In this document: piece after piece, positions 56,684 through 64,000 of the stretch | How the letters are laid out: every line of letters begins with the position of its first letter | Numbering within the stretch: the stretch's first letter is position 1 | Origin: a virus | DNA: 64,000 nt | Virus record (IMG/VR): IMGVR_UViG_3300042561_002100 | Location: 96,001-160,000 of that record | Strand: one strand, 5' to 3' | Notes under the pieces: generated by a model | The model's database searches: none | Seen by the model: only the letters and a program-made list of their open reading frames with translations | What the model was told of the DNA's origin: nothing | Translations under genes and position numbers: made by a program

Positions 56684-58408
56684 ATGCAATATTCTAATAG
56701 AGAACTTTCACAATTTGCCTATTTTTTGAAGGTAAATGATACTAATCAAAAAATTGCAATAACTACAACAGCGACACCTTTTGTTGGAATCGGCTCAACT
56801 AATCCAACAGAAAAATTAGATGTTTATGGTAATATTAAAGCGAGTGGTATTGTTAGTGCTATGGCTTTTTATGGTGATGGTTCAACATTAAATAATGTTA
56901 CTGCTGTGGTGAATGGTTATTTTGTTTCAACTGTTGCTGGAATATGGACTGGATCTAATGTTGGAATCGGAACCAGCACATTTGATCACAAATTAAATGT
57001 TGGTGGAAATGTTTCAGCGAATAGATTTATATCATATGCTCCACAGGGAACTGCACCATTTCAAGTATTCTCTAATACGGTTGTATCTAATCTTAATGCG
57101 ACATTTTTAAACGGTAGATCCGCGCCGAGTGGTAATATAGTTGGTACTGGTGATTCACAGACCTTAACAAATAAGACACTAATAAATCCCATTATATCAG
57201 CAGTTAATAATGGTAATGCAATTTTAACAATTCCCACAACTTCAGGTATTCTTGTTCATACGAATGCTTCCGGTATTTTAACAAGTGGTCTTTATTCTTC
57301 AGGTAGTATTAATAATATTCATATAGCCGTTGGTGCGGGTATTTCTTATAGTAAATTAAACTTAACGAATACTATTAATAATTCTGATATTGCTGTTGGT
57401 GCAGCTATCAGTTATTCAAAACTTAGTCTCAGTAATACAATTCGTTCATCTGATATTGATCCTAATAACAAAATTCAAAACGGAAAATTAGTAAATAGCA
57501 CAATTTCTGGTGTTTCACTTGGAAGTAATCTTAATCCGTTGGAAGCTGGAAATTATCTAAATGGTGATAATTATGATGGTTCTTCCCAAATTACTTTTGA
57601 TGTTGATGCGAGCACTGATAATGTTGGAGGAACACTTGTAGCAAGAGATAGTGAAGGTGATATTACTGGTAATAATTTACACTTAAAAAATATATTTGGA
57701 ACTGGGGATTTACAACTTACTACTGATGGTGAAGACTATAGTTCATATCTTCTTTCTGGCGTACCACCACCAGATTCAATTGGTGCGAAGATTAAATATG
57801 TTGTTGATCAAGAGGGTAGCATTTTTGTTAATGGTGGCCCCGATGGGGTTTGGGTTTTTCATAATGTTGCCAGAACCGCCAATAGAACCATATCATTTGC
57901 TTTGGCCAATGAATCTTTAAGTGGTTATGATACATTTTTTAGAATGTATCGGAATCAATCAAACGGTTCAAAGAATGTTGAATGTCCAACACCGGGAACT
58001 ATTTTTACAGTTAATGGAACCAAAAACTTTAAAATCACACATCCACTAGATGATAAAAAGTTCTTAACGCATGTATCAATTGAAGGACCCAGAGCAGATC
58101 TAATTTATAGAGGGTTAGTGAAATTAAATAATGGTTCGGCTATTATTAATCTTGATAATGAATATAATCTAACACCGGGAACTTTTGATGCTCTATGTAG
58201 GAATCCTCAGGTGTGGATTTCTAATATTGATGGTTGGGCGCAATGTAGAGGAAAAGTTGATAATGGAGTATTGATTATTGAAGCCATGAATAATAAGACA
58301 AATGAGAATGTAAATTGGATGGTTGTTGCAGAAAGACAAGATGTCGCAATGTATAATCCGGGTAGTGACGAGAACGGTAGACCGATTTTGGAGGAAGATA
58401 AATCATAA
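56684..58408 (+). CDS. Tail fibre protein with a C-terminal chaperone-like domain
   Basis: VGIGSTNP repeats, QTLTNKTL, KNFKITHP...LTHVSIEGP; ATAAATA at 56641. Confidence 0.75.
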   Translation: MQYSNRELSQFAYFLKVNDTNQKIAITTTATPFVGIGSTNPTEKLDVYGNIKASGIVSAMAFYGDGSTLNNVTAVVNGYFVSTVAGIWTGSNVGIGTSTFDHKLNVGGNVSANRFISYAPQGTAPFQVFSNTVVSNLNATFLNGRSAPSGNIVGTGDSQTLTNKTLINPIISAVNNGNAILTIPTTSGILVHTNASGILTSGLYSSGSINNIHIAVGAGISYSKLNLTNTINNSDIAVGAAISYSKLSLSNTIRSSDIDPNNKIQNGKLVNSTISGVSLGSNLNPLEAGNYLNGDNYDGSSQITFDVDASTDNVGGTLVARDSEGDITGNNLHLKNIFGTGDLQLTTDGEDYSSYLLSGVPPPDSIGAKIKYVVDQEGSIFVNGGPDGVWVFHNVARTANRTISFALANESLSGYDTFFRMYRNQSNGSKNVECPTPGTIFTVNGTKNFKITHPLDDKKFLTHVSIEGPRADLIYRGLVKLNNGSAIINLDNEYNLTPGTFDALCRNPQVWISNIDGWAQCRGKVDNGVLIIEAMNNKTNENVNWMVVAERQDVAMYNPGSDENGRPILEEDKS

Positions 58409-58442
58409 TACCATATGTACTTCTATTTGTCAAGGTCTTGTA

Positions 58443-58500
58443 TGACGATCAACAAAGTGGCATAATACCCATTGACATTTTAAGGAATCTGCTGTAGGAT
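58443..58500 (+). promoter_or_regulatory. Palindromic element (TGACG-N10-TGGCA) plus TTGACA-17-TAGGAT
   Basis: Right arm at 58458, -35 at 58472, -10 at 58495. Confidence 0.7.
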
Positions 58501-58548
58501 CAGCCTTGTCACCGATGATGAACATCTTGTATTTACTAATTACTACTA

Positions 58549-58755
58549 ATGAATAAGATACTAACAATCACTAATGGTACTGAATCAATTGATATTGAGT
58601 GTACTACTAAAATCAGAACAAGAGTCAGTGAAGAATGTTTTATTGCAATGAAGAATACAACATCTATTGATGTCAATAATATTATTCTACATGTACTTTT
58701 AGATGAAACTCAAATTATTATGGAAGAACGTAACAAATGGACATTATGCAAGTAA
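58549..58755 (+). CDS. Hypothetical protein
   Basis: First ORF after the promoter. Confidence 0.5.
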   Translation: MNKILTITNGTESIDIECTTKIRTRVSEECFIAMKNTTSIDVNNIILHVLLDETQIIMEERNKWTLCK

Positions 58756-58976
58756 TTCAAGATTGGTATAACATTCTTCAAGATATTCGGAGTAATTATC
58801 AGTTCTTTCTTGATATTAATTCTGGATGGTTAGAAATGGAATTCAAACATCTTTATGGTGATAATCCTACAGAAAAAGATTATTGGAATTGGATGTTGCG
58901 TAATGCTGAAACAGTCTATGTGTCTAATGATTTTTATGAACTACTTCTAAATGAGAACAATAATAGCCGGAAGTAG
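58737..58976 (+). CDS. Hypothetical protein
   Basis: 79-aa ORF. Confidence 0.5.
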   Translation: MDIMQVIQDWYNILQDIRSNYQFFLDINSGWLEMEFKHLYGDNPTEKDYWNWMLRNAETVYVSNDFYELLLNENNNSRK

Positions 58977-59304
58977 AACCGCCACTGATATTAAAGATCT
59001 TATTGACGCAGTAGCTAAATGTGGATGGAAAATAACAACAATTGTTTCCGGTAAAGCTAGAGGAGCCGATCATTTGGGTGAATTATGGGCAAATTATCAT
59101 AATATTCCAATAGATGAATATCCTGCTGATTGGAAAAAGTATGGTAGATCTGCCGGACCAAGACGCAATATTGAAATGGCTGAAAATGCGGATGCTCTTA
59201 TTGCTCTTTGGAATGGAGAAAGCAGAGGAACCAAACATATGATAGAAGCAGCAAAGAAAAAGAACCTAAAAGTTTATGTTCATATTATAGAGTGTGTCGG
59301 TTAA
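58951..59304 (+). CDS. SLOG-superfamily protein (DUF2493/YspA-like)
   Basis: IIAGSR, IVSGKARGAD, ADWKKYGRSAGPRRN, LWNGESRGT. Confidence 0.85.
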   Translation: MRTIIAGSRTATDIKDLIDAVAKCGWKITTIVSGKARGADHLGELWANYHNIPIDEYPADWKKYGRSAGPRRNIEMAENADALIALWNGESRGTKHMIEAAKKKNLKVYVHIIECVG

Positions 59305-59350
59305 GAGACTGGCACACTCTTTTTACGTCTAGCTGAGCTTCTGTTATTAT
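59295..59350 (+). promoter_or_regulatory. Palindromic element (TGTCG-N10-TGGCA) plus TG-T-TATTAT
   Basis: Right arm at 59310, -10 at 59345. Confidence 0.6.
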
Positions 59351-59382
59351 TGTTTTGTTAGTCATCCAATGATGTTGGATTT

Positions 59383-59784
59383 ATGAACAAACTTGAACAA
59401 GCTAGAGATCCAAACACACCACCAAAAGCCCTAGAACAACTAGCGACTGATGAGCATTATGGTGTTCGTTGGTTTGTAGCAGAAAATCCAAACACACCAA
59501 TAAAAACTCTAGAACAATTAGCGACCGATAAGGATTCTTCGGTTCGTCGTGGTGTAGCATATAATCCAAACACTCCACCAAAAGCCTTAGAACAACTAGC
59601 GACCGATGAGGATCTTTATGTTCGTTGGTGGGTAGCACTAAATCCAAACACACCACCAACAATATTAGAAATTCTAGCGTCCGATGTTGCTTATTGTATT
59701 CGTGAAGGAGTAGCAGAAAACCCAAACACACCACACTATATCAAAAAGTATCTTAAAATTCAAAAACAACTCCAAAAACTATGA
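59383..59784 (+). CDS. HEAT/LRV-like repeat protein, paralog 10 (4 repeats)
   Basis: MNKLEQARDPNTP N-cap; cap PHYIKKYLKIQKQL. Confidence 0.9.
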   Translation: MNKLEQARDPNTPPKALEQLATDEHYGVRWFVAENPNTPIKTLEQLATDKDSSVRRGVAYNPNTPPKALEQLATDEDLYVRWWVALNPNTPPTILEILASDVAYCIREGVAENPNTPHYIKKYLKIQKQLQKL

Positions 59785-61052
59785 AACTCTTGACCGACTT
59801 TCAACCAAGGCAATCTCAGAAAGAGGTTGTTGATATTATGAGTGAGCATAACAAACTCAGAATTATCGCACCTACTTCTGCAGGCAAGAGCTTTATGATC
59901 TTCTTGGATATCTTCAATAAGATGCAAACACAAGAAGATTCACTTTTTGTTATTGTTTCATCCAGAATTCTTTTACTCCAACAACTTTCTTCTGAGTATT
60001 CTAAACTTATCGGTAATACTCACATTGTTCATATGCATTCTGGAGATAGTAATAATCGTAAGATCACTGATTATCTGGAGTTCGCTTATTGGTGTGAGAA
60101 AGTCAAAGGACCAAAGGTTGTCTTTGTCACTTATCACTCATTGAAGAAGATTGTTAAATCCGAAGTAGAAATTGATGCGATTTATCTTGATGAGTGTCAT
60201 AATGGTGCAAAGAAACACTTTTTTGAATATGTTAAAGGTGCTGAAGTCATCTCCAAATCTCTTTATAGCTTCACTGCAACTCCTCGTTATCATGAGGATC
60301 CCAAAAAGAATGGTAATAACAATGTAGAAGTTTATGGTAGCGAAGTCTATAATATTAACGCGGTAGAACTCATTAAAAATGGTTCAATTCTTCCACCTAA
60401 GATTTCACCACTTCGTATTCCAGATGTACGTGAAAGAAAGAAAGATGTCCATGAAAGAGATTATTATACGTTGATGGATTGTCTTCTCAATGAAGATAAT
60501 ACCGATAGAGTTCTTATTACTTGTCCTTCAACAAGATCTTTGATGGATCTTCTGTGTTTGACTGATTTTGTGCAAGATCTTAACAATAATGGATATGACC
60601 TATTTCATATCACATCAAAGTATGGTGCATTCCATAATAAAACAAAACTTAAGAGAACCGAGTTTCTCAAAAGAATTGAAGATTATGGAAAAGAAGATAA
60701 AAAATTTGTGATTCTTCATTATAGTATTCTAACAGAAGGGTGGAGCAATAATTCCATTCAATCTTCTATTTTTATGCGACCTCAGAGTATGGGTGCAACG
60801 GTACAGAATGTTGGTCGTACTTTACGATTGGGTCATACAGATATTGAGAGAATCAATAATGGTGAATTGATTCCTGGAGATTATGACAATTATGAGAAAC
60901 CATATGGTAATGTTATTGTTCCTGTTTATGAGAACACTGGTTCAAATATTCAAGAACAAGTAGAGTATGTTATTGATGAAGTGTTTGAGCGAGGTAATTA
61001 TGTGTTTGATGTTATTACATCACCAAAAGAAAAAGAGAAAGAGGTGGCATGA
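59781..61052 (+). CDS. SF2 (DExH-box) helicase
   Basis: APTSAGKS, LDECH, TATP, ILTEGW, QNVGRTLR. Confidence 0.85.
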   Translation: MKLLTDFQPRQSQKEVVDIMSEHNKLRIIAPTSAGKSFMIFLDIFNKMQTQEDSLFVIVSSRILLLQQLSSEYSKLIGNTHIVHMHSGDSNNRKITDYLEFAYWCEKVKGPKVVFVTYHSLKKIVKSEVEIDAIYLDECHNGAKKHFFEYVKGAEVISKSLYSFTATPRYHEDPKKNGNNNVEVYGSEVYNINAVELIKNGSILPPKISPLRIPDVRERKKDVHERDYYTLMDCLLNEDNTDRVLITCPSTRSLMDLLCLTDFVQDLNNNGYDLFHITSKYGAFHNKTKLKRTEFLKRIEDYGKEDKKFVILHYSILTEGWSNNSIQSSIFMRPQSMGATVQNVGRTLRLGHTDIERINNGELIPGDYDNYEKPYGNVIVPVYENTGSNIQEQVEYVIDEVFERGNYVFDVITSPKEKEKEVA

Positions 61053-61708
61053 TGGTAGAATCTAGAAATGTTTATGATCGTTGTGATCTAGCAAATAATC
61101 CAAACACACCAACAGAAATCCTAGAACAACTAGCGACCGATGAGAAATGGTATGTTCGTTGTCGAGTAGCAGAAAACCCAAACACACCACCAAAAGTTCT
61201 AGAACTACTAGCGACCGATGAGGATTCTAGTGTTCGTTATTGTGTAGCAATACATCCAAACACACCACCAAAAGTTCTAGAACTACTAGCGACCGATGAG
61301 GATTCTAGTGTTCGTTATTGTGTAGCAATACATCCAAACACACCACCAAAAGCCCTAGAACTACTAGCGACCGATAATGCGCCTTCTGTTCGTTATAATG
61401 TAGCAGAAAATCCAAACACTCCACCAAAAGTCCTAGTACAATTTACGACCGATGCGCATTGGAATGTTCGTTGTGGAGTAGCAGAAAATCCAAACACACC
61501 ACCAAAAGCACTAGAATTACTAGCTACCAATGGGAGTTCTAATGTTCGTTGGATAGTAGCACAAAATCCAAATACACCAATAAAAACGCTAGAAGTTCTA
61601 GCATCCGATAAGGATTATTATGTTCGTTATTGGGTATCAACTAACCCAAACACTCCACACTACATCAAAAAGTATATTAAAATTCAAGACCACCTAAAAA
61701 CATTATGA
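61049..61708 (+). CDS. HEAT/LRV-like repeat protein, paralog 11 (7 repeats)
   Basis: Repeats plus cap PHYIKKYIKIQDHL. Confidence 0.9.
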   Translation: MMVESRNVYDRCDLANNPNTPTEILEQLATDEKWYVRCRVAENPNTPPKVLELLATDEDSSVRYCVAIHPNTPPKVLELLATDEDSSVRYCVAIHPNTPPKALELLATDNAPSVRYNVAENPNTPPKVLVQFTTDAHWNVRCGVAENPNTPPKALELLATNGSSNVRWIVAQNPNTPIKTLEVLASDKDYYVRYWVSTNPNTPHYIKKYIKIQDHLKTL

Positions 61709-62109
61709 ACAAACTTGAACAAGCTAGAGATCCTAACACTCCACCAGAGATCCTAGAACAACTAGCTACCGATGAAGATTCTTGTGTTCGTTCTAGGGTA
61801 GCAAGACATCCTAACACTCTACCAACAACATTAGAACTTTTAGCTACTGATAATGATTATTGGGTTCTTTGGGATGTAACAGAACATCCAAACACACCAC
61901 CAAAAGTTCTAGAACAACTAGCGACCGATTATCGATATTGGGTTCGTTGGAACGTAGCAGAAAATCCAAACACTCCACCAAAAGTTCTAGAACAACTGGC
62001 AACTGATGAGAGTTATAGAGTTCGTTATTACGTGGCAGGAAATCCAAACACACCCCGCTACATCAAAAAGTATCTTAAAATTCAAGAGCAGCTTAGGTCA
62101 CTTCCATAA
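61705..62109 (+). CDS. HEAT/LRV-like repeat protein, paralog 12 (4 repeats)
   Basis: MNKLEQARDPNTP N-cap; cap PRYIKKYLKIQEQL. Confidence 0.9.
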   Translation: MNKLEQARDPNTPPEILEQLATDEDSCVRSRVARHPNTLPTTLELLATDNDYWVLWDVTEHPNTPPKVLEQLATDYRYWVRWNVAENPNTPPKVLEQLATDESYRVRYYVAGNPNTPRYIKKYLKIQEQLRSLP

Positions 62110-62153
62110 CTGTCACAATAACCACGGATAACACCATAGAAATCTGCTATAGT
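62096..62153 (+). promoter_or_regulatory. Palindromic element (GGTCA-N10-TGTCA) plus TG-C-TATAGT
   Basis: Right arm at 62111, -10 at 62148. Confidence 0.7.
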
Positions 62154-62175
62154 TTGTGATAATTACAAATTTCTC

Positions 62176-62919
62176 ATGTCCAACTATGTTTTTATTGGAG
62201 ACGTACATTCACAATACTCTAATTTTTCTGCTGCTATTCGGTGGGTCCAGGAGAATGTAGAGGATTATCACATCATTCAAGGTGGTGATCTTTTTGATTC
62301 ACGTACACAAGAATCCGATTCATTGGGTGTCTATAATCTAGTTCGCTCTCTTGGAGATAAAATCACGGTTCTTCATTCCAATCATCATCTTAAACTTTAT
62401 AAGTATCTTACTCAAGATAATAACAATATGCAAAATCTTGAGTCACTTATGAGAACGGTGAATGATTTTGGATTTGATACTAACGAAGAACTTAGAGATG
62501 AAGTGACAAAATGGCTGTCATCTCTTTCGTATGGAGTCGCAATTAAGGATAATGATGGTCTTGAGTATAGAGCATGTCATGCTTATTGGTTCTCACGTCT
62601 TTATGTGTCACATGATTATAAAGGAATTTATAAGATCTTTGATGTATCTTCTAAGGCAAAGGGTCAGATGCTTTATGGTATCTCTCGTCGTGGAGTAGAT
62701 GGTAATTCTGAACAAATTTTATGGTGGAATTCAACTGAACATAGGCAACACGAAACTTTCGTAAGAGTTGCTTTTCATTATCATACTGTTTCAATTGATC
62801 TTCAAAATCGTTATCTGATTCTGGATGGATCTTGTGGTGATGATAATGGAACTTTAATTGCTTATGATGTGAACAATAAGCAATGTGTAGGTTTTCAAAG
62901 TGGCACAAGACTTTTCTAA
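62176..62919 (+). CDS. Calcineurin-like metallophosphoesterase
   Basis: IGDVHS, GDLFDSR, SNHH, CHA, FHYH, LDGSC. Confidence 0.8.
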   Translation: MSNYVFIGDVHSQYSNFSAAIRWVQENVEDYHIIQGGDLFDSRTQESDSLGVYNLVRSLGDKITVLHSNHHLKLYKYLTQDNNNMQNLESLMRTVNDFGFDTNEELRDEVTKWLSSLSYGVAIKDNDGLEYRACHAYWFSRLYVSHDYKGIYKIFDVSSKAKGQMLYGISRRGVDGNSEQILWWNSTEHRQHETFVRVAFHYHTVSIDLQNRYLILDGSCGDDNGTLIAYDVNNKQCVGFQSGTRLF

Positions 62920-62942
62920 ACACTTTCTAAACATGTTATGGT
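62886..62942 (+). promoter_or_regulatory. Palindromic element (right arm AAGTGGCAC) plus TG-T-TATGGT
   Basis: Right arm at 62901, -10 at 62937. Confidence 0.55.
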
Positions 62943-62963
62943 ACTTGAAAATTGGAGAACTCA

Positions 62964-63116
62964 ATGGCTCTTGACAAATTTTTGACTCAACTTCTTCTTG
63001 ATTTGGAAGATCTTGAGAATGACATTAAATATGATCTTCCAGGTGAAAGTGTTCCTGCATCTAAGCTCAGAGACATTATTGAAAACGTGGAAGATTATCA
63101 AGAAAATGAGGTATAA
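62964..63116 (+). CDS. Small acidic hypothetical protein (50 aa)
   Basis: MALDKFLTQLLLDLEDLEND; follows the promoter and an RBS. Confidence 0.5.
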   Translation: MALDKFLTQLLLDLEDLENDIKYDLPGESVPASKLRDIIENVEDYQENEV

Positions 63117-63258
63117 AGTTATCTTTTTTAAACCCAAAAAGAAGAGAGGCTTCTTTTCTAGACAAGAAGCCACATTCTTTGATATTGAATCTGCATTCTT
63201 CTATCAAACAAAGATGGAACAACTAGGTTCAAAAGATTTCAAAATCATTCCAATTTGA
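63106..63258 (+). CDS. Small cyanophage hypothetical protein
   Basis: MRYKVIFFKPKKKRGFFSRQEATF. Confidence 0.55.
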   Translation: MRYKVIFFKPKKKRGFFSRQEATFFDIESAFFYQTKMEQLGSKDFKIIPI

Positions 63259-63715
63259 TGAGGCTTTAACAATGACTCAAACTCTAATCCGAACCGAAAT
63301 GCCCCGAATTGTTGATGTTGAGCCTTATTTTGATAATAATTTTTGGTGGGCTCACATTAGATACAGTGATGGTGGTGAGGATGTTCATGGACCTTTTGAT
63401 TCTAAAGAAAAAGCTGAAGGAGTTATCTTTTGATGACTTTGAAAGTTCATTATATCAGATCTCCGACGAGCAAGGATTTCTTTCTCCCGATCAGATGTTG
63501 ATCATGGGAGTTAAAGTTCATGTTCATTTATTCGTTTCTGATTTTTTAGATCTATTCATTTACTCAAGACTCAAACTATGAAACTCAAACCGCTTTATCC
63601 CGAACCGAAAACCGAAGAGTCATCCTCAGAAGAACGAATTATGGATTTGCTTTTAGAAGACGATGACGAACAGGAATATCCTGAATATGATGACGTTCCA
63701 CCCGCAATCTGAATC

Positions 63716-63985
63716 ATGTCTGACATTCTTGAAATCATTCGTGTTGAAATTGATTATCAACCAAAGACCTCTACTCTATGGATGAGAGTTCAGGCGCTTG
63801 TTGATAACATGGTTCTGGTTCATCATCAGACTCTATATGATCCAGAAGAATATGAACCCGCTGTATGTGTAACGGAACTGACTCTTGATGATTATGAACC
63901 AGATCTAGTTCTTAACAACGAGAATGTTGCTGAGATTTTGGAGGAATCTGGATGTACCTGGACCCTTTACGAAGGTGACACTTGA
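63716..63985 (+). CDS. Conserved cyanophage hypothetical protein
   Basis: VQALVDNMVLVHHQTLYDPEEYEPAVC. Confidence 0.6.
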   Translation: MSDILEIIRVEIDYQPKTSTLWMRVQALVDNMVLVHHQTLYDPEEYEPAVCVTELTLDDYEPDLVLNNENVAEILEESGCTWTLYEGDT

Positions 63986-63995
63986 AGAACTGCCA
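63976..63995 (+). promoter_or_regulatory. Palindromic element (TGACA-N10-TGCCA); its -10 lies beyond the window
   Basis: GTGACACTT-GAAG-AACTGCCAC, a near-perfect palindrome. Confidence 0.6.
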
Positions 63996-64000
63996 CATAA

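Noticed and set aside
5880-62053. Many minus-strand ORFs such as MVVCLDYLLHSNEH... and MFGLSATLQRT...
   Set aside because: They are antisense shadows of the repeat genes: stop-free frames produced by the fixed framework codons, with no independent start signals.
5855-62109. Diversity-generating retroelement as the source of repeat variation
   Set aside because: No reverse transcriptase or template repeat in the window. Variable codons are not simply A-substituted, and the A-rich framework codons (AAT CCA AAC ACA) stay fixed. The rest of the genome should still be searched for an RT.
1-64000. Transposase, integrase or homing endonuclease explaining the spread of the repeat genes
   Set aside because: No DDE, tyrosine/serine recombinase, HNH or GIY-YIG motif was recognised in any ORF.

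Overview
This is a 64-kb AT-rich segment of a T4-like (Kyanoviridae-type) cyanophage genome, probably freshwater; the phage-type CP12 points to a cyanobacterial host. It contains: an early region (RNA ligase, NAMPT, two tRNAs); an 8-gene glycosyltransferase/methyltransferase cluster; an RlpA + NlpC/P60 pair; auxiliary and replication genes (grx, speD, thyX, phoH, exonuclease, gp33, gp59, DNA methyltransferase, gp32); a baseplate/tail module (gp53, gp48, gp2, gp4, gp54-like, gp26, gp51, two lysozyme-domain proteins, gp27-like, gp5, fibres); and a further early region (SLOG protein, SF2 helicase, metallophosphoesterase). The most unusual feature is a dispersed family of 12 paralogous genes, plus one degenerate relative. 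They are built from 26-aa (78-bp) HEAT/LRV-like repeats (57 repeats, about 5.7 kb, about 9% of the window). The framework is near-identical at DNA level, a few positions are hypervariable and rich in Tyr/Trp/Arg/Cys, and all end in a conserved cap whose stop codon often overlaps the next gene's ATG. Also notable are a 22-bp palindromic element at 12 promoters, mostly 35-37 nt upstream of a -10 box, and a structured leader before rlpA. All calls come from motif recognition by eye; no database search was run.
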